Shown: positions 43,413 to 57,480 of the stretch, one piece after another
Position numbering within the stretch: the stretch's first letter is position 1
Layout of the letters: every line of letters begins with the position of its first letter
Source of the DNA: Paragordius varius
Lineage: Eukaryota; Animalia; Nematomorpha
Direction of reading: 5' to 3'
Length of the DNA: 64,000 nucleotides
Assembly (NCBI GenBank): GCA_964247055.1
Contig: OZ176050.1
Coordinates: 1,488,001-1,552,000, forward strand
Notes under the pieces: generated by a model
Database searches by the model: none
What the model was told of the DNA's origin: nothing
Seen by the model: only the letters and a program-made list of their open reading frames with translations
Made by a program: the position numbers and the translations under genes

Positions 43413-46400
43413 ACAAACTATTTTTAATACATTCTCTTAGTAAGACTACATCAAAATATAGAGATAGTTTGACAAACTCTTTCACATCCGATTTGTACAA
43501 CGATACTTTAAAAATTAATGTACAAAACTAGTCGTATCAATAAATCGCATCAATACTCAAGTTAAACTTTGTCCTTAAAAATCGGATATTGGTCACCGGT
43601 GAACAAAATTATTTTTTATACATTCTCTTAGTAGGACTACATCAAAATATAGAGATAGTTTGGCAAACTCTTTCATATCCGATTTTTACAACGATACTTT
43701 AAAAATTATGGTATTAAACCAGTCGTATCAATACTCAAGTTAAACTTTGTCCTTAAAAATCGGATATTGGTCACCGGTGAACAAAATTATTTTATATACA
43801 TTCTCTTGGTAAGACTTAATCAAAATATAGAGATAGTTTGGCAAACTCTTTCATATCCAATACAACGATACTTTAAAAATTAATGTATAAAACTAGTCGC
43901 ATCAATACTCAAGTTAAACATTGTCCTTAAAAATCGGATATTGGTCACCGGTGAACAAAACTATTTTTTATACATTCTCTTAGTAAGACTACATCAAAAT
44001 ATAGAGATAGTTTGAAAAACTCGTTCACATCCGATTTTTACAACGATACTTTAAAAATTAATGTATAAAACTAGTCGTATCAATAAATCGCAATACTCAA
44101 GTTTAACTTTGTCCTTAAAAATCGGATATTGGTCACCGGTGAACAAAATTATTTTTTATACATTCTCTTAGTAGGACTACATCAAAATATAGAGATAGTT
44201 TGGCAAACTCTTTCATATCCAATTTTTACAACGATACTTTAAAAATTAATGTATAAAACTAGTCGTATCAATAAATCGCATCAATACTCAAGTTAAACTT
44301 TGTCCTTAAAAATCGGATATTGGTCACCGGTGAACAAAATTATTTTTTATACATTCTCTTAGCAAGACTACATCAAAATATAGAGATAGTTTGACAAACT
44401 CTTTTATATCCGATTTTTACAACGATACTTTAAAAATTATGGTATTAAACCAGTCGCATCAATACTCAAGTTAAACTTTGTCCTTAAAAATCGGATATTG
44501 GTCACCGGTGAACAAAACTATTTTTTATACAACTCTTAGTAGGACTACATCAAAATATAGAGATAGTTTGACAAATTCTTTCACATCCGATTTTTACAAC
44601 GATACTTTAAAAATTATGGTATTAAACCAGTCGCATCAATACTCAAGTTAAACTTTGTCCTTAAAAATCGGATATTGGTCACCGGTTAACTATTTTTTAT
44701 ACATTCTCTTGTAAGACTACATCAAAATATAGAGATAGTTTGACAAACTCTTTCACATCCGATTTTTACAACGATACTTTAAAAATTAATGTATAAAACT
44801 AGTCGTATCAATAAATCGCATCAATAGTCAAGTTAAACTTTGTCCTTAAAAATCTGATATTGGTCACCGGTGAACAAAATTATTTTTTATACATTCTCTT
44901 AGTAGGACTACATCAAAATATAGAGATAGTTTGGCAAACTCTTTCATATCCGATTTTTACAACGATACTTTAAAAATTAATGTATAAAACTAGTCGCATC
45001 AATACTCAAGTTAAACTTTGTCCTTAAAAATCGGATATTGGTCACCGGTGAACAAAATTATTTTTTATACATTCTCTTAGTAAGACTACATCAAAATATA
45101 GAAATAGTTTGACAAACTTTTTCATATCCGATTTTTACAACGATACTTTAAAAATTATGGTATTAAACCAGTCGTATCAATACTCAAGTTAAACTTTGTC
45201 CTTAAAAATCGGATATTGGTCACCGGTGAACAGAATTATTTTATATACATTCTCTTAGTAAGACTACATCAAAATATAGAGATAGTTTGACAAACTCTTT
45301 CATATCCGATTTTTACAACGATACTTTAAAAATTAATGTATTAAACTAGTCGCATCAATACTCAAGCTAAACATTGTCCTTAAAAATCGGATATTGGTCA
45401 CCGGTGAACAAACTATTTTTAATACATTCTCTTAGTAAGACTACATCAAAATATAGAGATAGTTTGACAAACTCTTTCACATCCGATTTGTACAACGATA
45501 CTTTAAAAATTAATGTACAAAACTAGTCGTATCAATAAATCGCATCAATACTCAAGTTAAACTTTGTCCTTAAAAATCGGATATTGGTCACCGGTGAACA
45601 AAATTATTTTTTATACATTCTCTTAGTAGGACTACATCAAAATATAGAGATAGTTTGGCAAACTCTTTCATATCCGATTTTTACAACGATACTTTAAAAA
45701 TTATGGGTATAAACCAGTCGTATCAATACTCAAGTTAAACTTTGTCCTTAAAAATCGGATATTGGTCACCGGTGAACAAAATTATTTTATATACATTCTC
45801 TTGGTAAGACTTAATCAAAATATAGAGATAGTTTGGCAAACTCTTTCATATCCAATACAACGATACTTTAAAAATTAATGTATAAAACTAGTCGCATCAA
45901 TACTCAAGTTAAACATTGTCCTTAAAAATCGGATATTGGTCACCGGTGAACAAAACTATTTTTTATACATTCTCTTAGTAAGACTACATCAAAATATAGA
46001 GATAGTTTGAAAAACTCGTTCACATCCGATTTTTACAACGATACTTTAAAAATTAATGTATAAAACTAGTCGTATCAATAAATCGCAATACTCAAGTTTA
46101 ACTTTGTCCTTAAAAATCGGATATTGGTCACCGGTGAACAAAATTATTTTTTATACATTCTCTTAGTAGGACTACATCAAAATATAGAGATAGTTTGGCA
46201 AACTCTTTCATATCCAATTTTTACAACGATACTTTAAAAATTAATGTATAAAACTAGTCGTATCAATAAATCGCATCAATACTCAAGTTAAACTTTGTCC
46301 TTAAAAATCGGATATTGGTCACCGGTGAACAAAATTATTTTTTATACATTCTCTTAGCAAGACTACATCAAAATATAGAGATAGTTTGACAAACTCTTTT

Positions 46401-46525
46401 ATATCCGATTTTTACAACGATACTTTAAAAATTATGGTATTAAACCAGTCGCATCAATACTCAAGTTAAACTTTGTCCTTAAAAATCGGATATTGGTCAC
46501 CGGTGAACAAAACTATTTTTTATAC
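42525..46525 (+). repeat. Tandem 11-mer (1995 bp)
   Basis: GGTTAACTA is at 42689/44684 and CTTAATC at 43815/45810. Indel bookkeeping gives 1995. Confidence 0.88.
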
Positions 46526-49500
46526 ATTCTCTTAGTAAGACTACATCAAAATATAGAGATAGTTTGACAAACTCTTTCACATCCGATTTTTACAACGATA
46601 CTTTAAAAATTAATGTATAAAACTAGTCGTATCAATAAATCGCATCAATACTCAAGTTAAACTTTGTCCTTAAAAATCGGATATTGGTCACCGGTGAACA
46701 AAATTATTTTTTATACATTCTCTTAGTAGGACTACATCAAAATTTAGAGATAGTTTGGCAAACTCTTTCATATCCGATTTTGACAACGATACTTTAAAAA
46801 TTATGGTATTAAACCAGTCGTATCAATACTCAAGTTAAACTTTGTCCTTAAAAATCGGATATTGGTCACCGGTGAACAAAATTATTTTATATACATTCTC
46901 TTGGTAAGACTACATCAAAATATAGAGATAGTTTGGCAAACTCTTTCATATCCAATTTTTACAACGATACTTTAAAAATTAATGTATAAAACTAGTCGCA
47001 TCAATACTCAAGTTAAACATTGTCCTTAAAAATCGGATATTGGTCACCGGTGAACAAAACTATTTTTTATACATTCTCTTAGTAAGACTACATCAAAATA
47101 TAGAGATAGTTTGACAAACAATTTCACATCCGACTTTTACAACGATACTTTAAAAATTAATGTATAAAACTAGTCGTATCAATAAATCGCATCAATACTC
47201 AAGTTAAACTTTGTCCTTAAAAATCGGATATTGGTCACCGGTGAACAAAATTATTTTTTATACATTCTCTTAGTAGGACTACATCAAAATATAGAGATAG
47301 TTTGGCAAACTCTTTCATATCCAATTTTTACAACGATACTTTAAAAGTTAATGTATAAAACTAGTCGCATCAATACTCAAGTTAAACTTTGTCCTTAAAA
47401 ATCTTATATTGGTCACCGGTGAACAAATTATTTTTTATACATTCTCTTAGCAAGACTACATCAAAATATAGAGATAGTTTGACAAACTCTTTCATATCCG
47501 ATTTTTACAACGATACTTTAAAAATTATGGTATTAAACCAGTCGCATCAATACTCAAGTTAAACTTTGTCCTTAAAAATCGGATATTGGTCACCGGTGAA
47601 CAAAATTATTTTTTATACAACTCTTAGTAGGACTACATCAAAATATAGAGATAGTTTGACAAATTCTTTCACATCCGATTTTTACAACGATACTTTAAAA
47701 ATTATGGTATTAAACCAGTCGCATCAATACTCAAGTTAAACTTTGTCCTTAAAAATCGGATATTGGTCACCGGTTAACTATTTTTTATACATTCTCTTGT
47801 AAGACTACATCAAAATATAGAGATAGTTTGACAAACTCTTTCACATCCGATTTTTACAACGATACTTTAAAAATTAATGTATAAAACTAGTCGTATCAAT
47901 AAATCGCATCAATAGTCAAGTTAAACTTTGTCCTTAAAAATCTGATATTGGTCACCGGTGAACAAAATTATTTTTTATACATTCTCTTAGTAGGACTACA
48001 TCAAAATATAGAGATAGTTTGGCAAACTCTTTCATATCCGATTTTTACAACGATACTTTAAAAATTAATGTATAAAACTAGTCGCATCAATACTCAAGTT
48101 AAACTTTGTCCTTAAAAATCGGATATTGGTCACCGGTGAACAAAATTATTTTTTATACATTCTCTTAGTAAGACTACATCAAAATATAGAAATAGTTTGA
48201 CAAACTTTTTCATATCCGATTTTTACAACGATACTTTAAAAATTATGGTATTAAACCAGTCGTATCAATACTCAAGTTAAACTTTGTCCTTAAAAATCGG
48301 ATATTGGTCACCGGTGAACAGAATTATTTTATATACATTCTCTTAGTAAGACTACATCAAAATATAGAGATAGTTTGACAAACTCTTTCATATCCGATTT
48401 TTACAACGATACTTTAAAAATTAATGTATTAAACTAGTCGCATCAATACTCAAGCTAAACATTGTCCTTAAAAATCGGATATTGGTCACCGGTGAACAAA
48501 CTATTTTTAATACATTCTCTTAGTAAGACTACATCAAAATATAGAGATAGTTTGACAAACTCTTTCACATCCGATTTGTACAACGATACTTTAAAAATTA
48601 ATGTACAAAACTAGTCGTATCAATAAATCGCATCAATACTCAAGTTAAACTTTGTCCTTAAAAATCGGATATTGGTCACCGGTGAACAAAATTATTTTTT
48701 ATACATTCTCTTAGTAGGACTACATCAAAATATAGAGATAGTTTGGCAAACTCTTTCATATCCGATTTTTACAACGATACTTTAAAAATTATGGTATTAA
48801 ACCAGTCGTATCAATACTCAAGTTAAACTTTGTCCTTAAAAATCGGATATTGGTCACCGGTGAACAAAATTATTTTATATACATTCTCTTGGTAAGACTT
48901 AATCAAAATATAGAGATAGTTTGGCAAACTCTTTCATATCCAATACAACGATACTTTAAAAATTAATGTATAAAACTAGTCGCATCAATACTCAAGTTAA
49001 ACATTGTCCTTAAAAATCGGATATTGGTCACCGGTGAACAAAACTATTTTTTATACATTCTCTTAGTAAGACTACATCAAAATATAGAGATAGTTTGAAA
49101 AACTCGTTCACATCCGATTTTTACAACGATACTTTAAAAATTAATGTATAAAACTAGTCGTATCAATAAATCGCAATACTCAAGTTTAACTTTGTCCTTA
49201 AAAATCGGATATTGGTCACCGGTGAACAAAATTATTTTTTATACATTCTCTTAGTAGGACTACATCAAAATATAGAGATAGTTTGGCAAACTCTTTCATA
49301 TCCAATTTTTACAACGATACTTTAAAAATTAATGTATAAAACTAGTCGTATCAATAAATCGCATCAATACTCAAGTTAAACTTTGTCCTTAAAAATCGGA
49401 TATTGGTCACCGGTGAACAAAATTATTTTTTATACATTCTCTTAGCAAGACTACATCAAAATATAGAGATAGTTTGACAAACTCTTTTATATCCGATTTT

Positions 49501-50688
49501 TACAACGATACTTTAAAAATTATGGTATTAAACCAGTCGCATCAATACTCAAGTTAAACTTTGTCCTTAAAAATCGGATATTGGTCACCGGTGAACAAAA
49601 CTATTTTTTATACATTCTCTTAGTAAGACTACATCAAAATATAGAGATAGTTTGACAAACTCTTTCACATCCGATTTTTACAACGATACTTTAAAAATTA
49701 ATGTATAAAACTAGTCGTATCAATAAATCGCATCAATACTCAAGTTAAACTTTGTCCTTAAAAATCGGATATTGGTCACCGGTGAACAAAATTATTTTTT
49801 ATACATTCTCTTAGTAGGACTACATCAAAATTTAGAGATAGTTTGGCAAACTCTTTCATATCCGATTTTGACAACGATACTTTAAAAATTATGGTATTAA
49901 ACCAGTCGTATCAATACTCAAGTTAAACTTTGTCCTTAAAAATCGGATATTGGTCACCGGTGAACAAAATTATTTTATATACATTCTCTTGGTAAGACTA
50001 CATCAAAATATAGAGATAGTTTGGCAAACTCTTTCATATCCAATTTTTACAACGATACTTTAAAAATTAATGTATAAAACTAGTCGCATCAATACTCAAG
50101 TTAAACATTGTCCTTAAAAATCGGATATTGGTCACCGGTGAACAAAACTATTTTTTATACATTCTCTTAGTAAGACTACATCAAAATATAGAGATAGTTT
50201 GACAAACAATTTCACATCCGACTTTTACAACGATACTTTAAAAATTAATGTATAAAACTAGTCGTATCAATAAATCGCATCAATACTCAAGTTAAACTTT
50301 GTCCTTAAAAATCGGATATTGGTCACCGGTGAACAAAATTATTTTTTATACATTCTCTTAGTAGGACTACATCAAAATATAGAGATAGTTTGGCAAACTC
50401 TTTCATATCCAATTTTTACAACGATACTTTAAAAGTTAATGTATAAAACTAGTCGCATCAATACTCAAGTTAAACTTTGTCCTTAAAAATCTTATATTGG
50501 TCACCGGTGAACAAATTATTTTTTATACATTCTCTTAGCAAGACTACATCAAAATATAGAGATAGTTTGACAAACTCTTTCATATCCGATTTTTACAACG
50601 ATACTTTAAAAATTATGGTATTAAACCAGTCGCATCAATACTCAAGTTAAACTTTGTCCTTAAAAATCGGATATTGGTCACCGGTGAA
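44525..50688 (+). repeat. Tandem 17-mer (3088 bp)
   Basis: GGTTAACTA is at 44684/47772, CTTAATC at 45810/48898 and CTTATATT at 47403/50491. The length equals 17x178 + 75 - 13. Confidence 0.9.
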
Positions 50689-51199
50689 CAAATTATTTTT
50701 TATACATTCTCTTAGCAAGACTACATCAAAATATAGAGATAGTTTGACAAACTCTTTCACATCCGATTTTTACAACGATACTTTAAAAATTAATGTATAA
50801 AACTAGTCGTATCAATACTCAAGTTAAACTTTGTCCTTAAAAATCGGATATTGGTCACCGGTGAACAAAACTATTTTTTATACATTCTCTTAGTAAGACT
50901 ACATCAAAATATAGAAATAGTTTGACAAACTCTTTCACATCCGATTTTTACAACGATACTTTAAAAATTAATGTATAAAACTAGTCGTATCAATAAATCG
51001 CATCAATACTCAAGTTAAACTTTGTCCTTAAAAATCGGATATTGGTCACCGGTGAACAAATTATTTTTTATACATTCTCTTAGCAAGACTACATCAAAAT
51101 ATAGAGATAGTTTGGCAAACTCTTTCATATCCAATTTTTACAACGATACTTTAAAAATTAAGGTATAAAACTAGTCGCATCAATACTCAAGTTAAACTT

Positions 51200-52510
51200 T
51201 GTCCTTAAAAATCGGATATTGGTCACCGGTGAACAAATTATTTTTTATACATTCTCTTAGCAAGACTACATCAAAATATAGAGATAGTTTGACAAACTCT
51301 TTCATATCCGATTTTTACAACGATACTTTAAAAATTATGGTATTAAACCAGTCGCATCAATACTCAAGTTAAACTTTGTCCTTAAAAATCGGATATTGGT
51401 CACCGGTGAACAAAACTATTTTTTATACAATCTCTTAGTAAGACTACATCAAAATATAGAAATAGTTTGACAAACTCTTTCACATCCGATTTTTACAACG
51501 ATACTTTAAAAATTAATGTATAAAACTAGTCGTATCAATAAATCGCATCAATACTCAAGTTAAACTTTGTCCTTAAAAATCGGATATTGGTCACCGGTGA
51601 TTAAAAATTATTTTTTATACATTCTCTTAGTAGGACTACATCAAAATATAGAGATAGTTATACAAACTCTTTCATATCCAATTTTTACAACGATACTTTA
51701 AAAATTAATGTATAAAACTAGTCGCATCAATACTCAAGTTAAACTTTGTCCTTAAAAATCGGATATTGGTCACCGGTGAACAAATTATTTTTTATACATT
51801 CTCTTAGCAAGACTACATCAAAATATAGAGATAGTTTGGCAAACTCTTTCATATCCAATTTTTACAAAGATACTTTAAAAATTAAGGTATAAAACTAGTC
51901 GCATCAATACTCAAGTTAAACTTTGTCCTTAAAAATCGGATATTGGTCACCGGTGAACAAATTATTTTTTATACATTCTCTTAGCAAGACTACATCAAAA
52001 TATAGAGATAGTTTGACAAACTCTTTCATATCCGATTTTTACAACGATACTTTAAAAATTATGGTATTAAACCAGTCGCATCAATACTCAAGTTAAACTT
52101 TGTCCTTAAAAATCGGATATTGGTCACCGGTGAACAAAACTATTTTTTATACAATCTCTTAGTAAGACTACATCAAAATATAGAAATAGTTTGACAAACT
52201 CTTTCACATCCGATTTTTACAACGATACTTTAAAAATTAATGTATAAAACTAGTCGTATCAATAAATCGCATCAATACTCAAGTTAAACTTTGTCCTTAA
52301 AAATCGGATATTGGTCACCGGTGATTAAAAATTATTTTTTATACATTCTCTTAGTAGGACTACATCAAAATATAGAGATAGTTATACAAACTCTTTCATA
52401 TCCAATTTTTACAACGATACTTTAAAAATTAATGTATAAAACTAGTCGCATCAATACTCAAGTTAAACTTTGTCCTTAAAAATCGGATATTGGTCACCGG
52501 TGAACAAATT
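51200..52510 (+). repeat. 4-mer duplication (724 bp)
   Basis: GATTAAAAATT is at 51599/52323 and ACAATCTC at 51427/52151. Confidence 0.8.
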
Positions 52511-53029
52511 ATTTTTTATACATTCTCTTAGTAAGACTACATCAAAATATAGAAATAGTTTGACAAACTCTTTCACATCCGATTTTTACAACGATACTTT
52601 AAAAATTAATGTATAAAACTAGTCGTATCAATAAATCGCATCAATACTCAAGTTAAACTTTGTCCTTAAAAATCGGATATTGGTCACCGGTGAACAAAAT
52701 TATTTTTTATACATTCTCTTAGTAGGACTACATCAAAATATAGAGATAGTTTGGCAAATTCTTTCATATCCGATTTTTACAACGATACTTTAAAAATTAT
52801 GGTATTAAACCAGTCGCATCAATACTCAAGTTAAACTTTGTCCTTAAAAATCGGATATTGGTCACCGGTGAACAAAACTATTTTTTATACATTCTCTTAG
52901 TAAGACTACATCAAAATATAGAAATAGTTTGACAAACTCTTTCACATCCGATTTTTACAACGATACTTTAAAAATTAATGTATAAAACTAGTCGTATCAA
53001 TAAATCGCATCAATACTCAAGTTAAACTT

Positions 53030-53740
53030 TGTCCTTAAAAATCGGATATTGGTCACCGGTGAACAAAATTATTTTTTATACAACTCTTAGTAGGACTACA
53101 TCAAAATATAGAGATAGTTTGACAAATTCTTTCACATCCGATTTTTACAACGATACTTTAAAAATTATGGTATTAAACCAGTCGCATCAATACTCAAGTT
53201 AAACTTTGTCCTTAAAAATCGGATATTGGTCACCGGTTAACTATTTTTTATACATTCTCTTGTAAGACTACATCAAAATATAGAGATAGTTTGACAAACT
53301 CTTTCACATCCGATTTTTACAACGATACTTTAAAAATTAATGTATAAAACTAGTCGTATCAATAAATCGCATCAATACTCAAGTTAAACTTTGTCCTTAA
53401 AAATCGGATATTGGTCACCGGTGAACAAAATTATTTTTTATACAACTCTTAGTAGGACTACATCAAAATATAGAGATAGTTTGACAAATTCTTTCACATC
53501 CGATTTTTACAACGATACTTTAAAAATTATGGTATTAAACCAGTCGCATCAATACTCAAGTTAAACTTTGTCCTTAAAAATCGGATATTGGTCACCGGTT
53601 AACTATTTTTTATACATTCTCTTGTAAGACTACATCAAAATATAGAGATAGTTTGACAAACTCTTTCACATCCGATTTTTACAACGATACTTTAAAAATT
53701 AATGTATAAAACTAGTCGTATCAATAAATCGCATCAATAG
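53030..53740 (+). repeat. Local dimer repeat (362 bp)
   Basis: GGTTAACTA is at 53235/53597, alternating with TACAACTC long monomers. Confidence 0.8.
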
Positions 53741-56569
53741 TCAAGTTAAACTTTGTCCTTAAAAATCTGATATTGGTCACCGGTGAACAAAATTATTTTT
53801 TATACATTCTCTTAGTAGGACTACATCAAAATATAGAGATAGTTTGGCAAACTCTTTCATATCCGATTTTTACAACGATACTTTAAAAATTAATGTATAA
53901 AACTAGTCGCATCAATACTCAAGTTAAACTTTGTCCTTAAAAATCGGATATTGGTCACCGGTGAACAAAATTATTTTTTATACATTCTCTTAGTAAGACT
54001 ACATCAAAATATAGAGATAGTTTGACAAACTCTTTCATATCCGATTTTTACAACGATACTTTAAAAATTAATGTATTAAACTAGTCGCATCAATACTCAA
54101 GCTAAACATTGTCCTTAAAAATCGGATATTGGTCACCGGTGAACAAACTATTTTTAATACATTCTCTTAGTAAGACTACATCAAAATATAGAGATAGTTT
54201 GACAAACTCTTTCACATCCGATTTGTACAACGATACTTTAAAAATTAATGTACAAAACTAGTCGTATCAATAAATCGCATCAATACTCAAGTTAAACTTT
54301 GTCCTTAAAAATCGGATATTGGTCACCGGTGAACAAAATTATTTTTTATACATTCTCTTAGTAGGACTACATCAAAATATAGAGATAGTTTGACAAACTC
54401 TTTCATATCCAATTTTTACAACGATACTTTAAAAATTAATGTAAAAAACTAGTCGCATCAATACTCAAGTTAAACTTTGTCCTTAAAAATCGGATATTGG
54501 TGACCGGTGAACAAAATTATTTTTTATACATTCGCTTAGTAAGACTACATCAAAATATAGAAATAGTTTGACAAACACTTTCATACCCGATTTTTACAAC
54601 GATAATAAAAAATTACTCAAGTTAAACTTTGTCCTTAAAAATCGGATATTGGTCACCGGTGAACAAAATTATTTTTTATACATTCTCTTAGTAAGACTAC
54701 ATCAAAATATAGAAATAGTTTGACAAACTTTTTCATATCCGATTTTTACAACGATACTTTAAAAATTATGGTATTAAACCAGTCGTATCAATACTCAAGT
54801 TAAACTTTGTTCTTAAAAATCGGATATTGGTCACCGGTGAACAAACTATTTTTAATACATTCTCTTAGTAAGACTACATAAAAATATAGAGATAGTTTGA
54901 CAAACTCTTTCACATCCGATTTTTACAACGATACTTTAAAAATTAATGTATAAAACTAGTCGTATCAATAAATCGCATCAATACTCAAGTTAAACTTTGT
55001 CCTTAAAAATCGGATATTGGTCACCGGTGAACAAAATTATTTTTTATACATTCTCTTAGTAGGACTACATCAAAATATAGAGATAGTTTGGCAAACTCTT
55101 TCATATCCAATTTTTACAACGATACTTTAAAAATTAATGTAAAAAACTAGTCGCATCAATACTCAAGTTAAACTTTGTCCTTAAAAATCGGATATTGGTC
55201 ACCGGTGAACAAAATTATTTTTTATACATTCGCTTAGTAAGACTACATCAAAATATAGAAATAGTTTGACAAACTCTTTCATATCCGATTTTTACAACGA
55301 TAATAAAAAATTAATGTATTAAACTAGTCGCATCAATACTCAAGTTAAACTTTGTCCTTAAAAATCGGATATTGGTCACCGGTTAACAAAATTATTTTTT
55401 ATACATTCTCTTAGCAAGACTACATCAAAATATAGAGATAGTTTGGCAAACTCTTTCATATCCGATTTTTACAACGATACTTTAAAAATTAATGTATAAA
55501 ACTAGTCGTATCAAAAAATCGCATCAATACTCAAGTTAAACTTTGTCCTTAAAAATCGGATATTGGTCACCGGTGAACAAATTATTTTTTATACATTCTC
55601 TTAGCAAGATTACATCAAAATATAGAGATAGTTTGACAAACTTTCTCATATCCGATTTTTACAACGATACTTTAAAAATTATGGTATTAAACCAGTCGCA
55701 TCAATACTCAAGTTAAACTTTGTCCTTAAAAATCGGATATTGGTCACCGGTGAACAAAACTATTTTTTATACATTCTCTTAGTAAGACTACATCAAAATA
55801 TGGAAATTGTTTGACAAACTCTTTCACATCCGATTTTTACAACGATACTTTAAAAATTAATGTATAAAACTAGACTAATCAATACTCAAGTTAAACTTTG
55901 TCCTTAAAAATCGGATATTGGTCACCGGTGAACAAAACTATTTTTTATACATTCTCTTAGTAAGACTACATCAAAATATAGAGATAGTTTGACAAACTCT
56001 TTCACATCCGATTTTTACAACGATACTTTAAAAATTAATGTATAAAACTGGTCGTATCAATAAATCGCATCAACACTCAAGTTAAACTTTGTCCTTAAAA
56101 ATCGGATATTGGTACCGGTGAACAAAATTATGTTTTATACATTCTCTTAGTAGGACTACATCAAAATATAGAGATAGTTTGGCAAACTCTTTCATATCCG
56201 ATTTTTACAACGATACTTTAAAAATTATGGTATTAAACCAGTCGCATCAATACTCAAGTTAAACTTTGTCCTTAAAAATCGGATATTGGTCACCGGTGAA
56301 CAAAACTATTTTTTATACATTCTCTTAGTAGGACTACATCAAAATATAGAGATAGTTTGGCAAACTCTTTCATATCCAATTTTTACAACGATACTTTAAA
56401 AATTAATGTATAAAACTAGTCGCATCAATACTCAAGTTAAACTTTGTCCTTAAAAATCGGATATTGGTCACCGGTGAACAAATTATTTTTTATACATTCT
56501 CTTAGTAAGACTACATCAAAATATATAAATAGTTTGACAAACTCTTTCACATCCGATTTTTACAACGAT

Positions 56570-57480
56570 ACTTTAAAAATTAATGTATAAAACTAGTCGT
56601 ATCAATAAATCGCATCAACACTCAAGTTAAACTTTGTCCTTAAAAATCGGATATTGGTACCGGTGAACAAAATTATTTTTTATACATTCTCTTAGTAGGA
56701 CTACATCAAAATATAGAGATAGTTTGGCAAACTCTTTCATATCCGATTTTTACAACGATACTTTAAAAATTATGGTATTAAACCAGTCGCATCAATACTC
56801 AAGTTAAACTTTGTCCTTAAAAATCGGATATTGGTCACCGGTGAACAAAACTATTTTTTATACATTCTCTTAGTAAGACTACATCAAAATATAGAAATAG
56901 TTTGACAAACTCTTTCACATCCGATTTTTACAACGATACTTTAAAAATTAATGTATAAAACTAGTCGTATCAATAAATCGCATCAATACTCAAGTTAAAC
57001 TTTGTCCTTAAAAATCGGATATTGGTACCGGTGAACAAAATTATTTTTTATACATTCTCTTAGTAGGACTACATCAAAATATAGAGATAGTTTGGCAAAC
57101 TCTTTCATATCCGATTTTTACAACGATACTTTAAAAATTATGGTATTAAACCAGTCGCATCAATACTCAAGTTAAACTTTGTCCTTAAAAATCGGATATT
57201 GGTCACCGGTGAACAAAACTATTTTTTATACATTCTCTTAGTAAGACTACATCAAAATATAGAAATAGTTTGACAAACTCTTTCACATCCGATTTTTATA
57301 ACGATACTTTAAAAATTAATGTATAAAACTAGTCGTATCAATAAATCGCATCAATACTCAAGTTAAACTTTGTCCTTAAAAATCGGATATTGGTCACCGG
57401 TGAACAAAATTATTTTTTATACATTCTCTTAGTAGGACTACATCAAAATATAGAGATAGTTTGGCAAACTCTTTCATATC
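56570..57480 (+). repeat. Local dimer repeat (368 bp): long GGTACC monomer plus TATGG monomer
   Basis: GGTACCGG (1-bp deletion in GGTCACCGG) is at 56111, 56656 and 57024. The spacings are 545 (3-mer) and 368 (2-mer). Confidence 0.8.

Larger units (their letters stand above)
37590..52323 (+). repeat. About 3.7-kb block duplicated at 11073-bp offset
   Basis: CTTAATC is at 37825/48898, CTTATATT at 39418/50491, GATTAAAAATT at 40526/51599 and ACAAAGATAC at 40791/51864. Copies run about 37590-41250 and 48663-52323. Confidence 0.88.
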
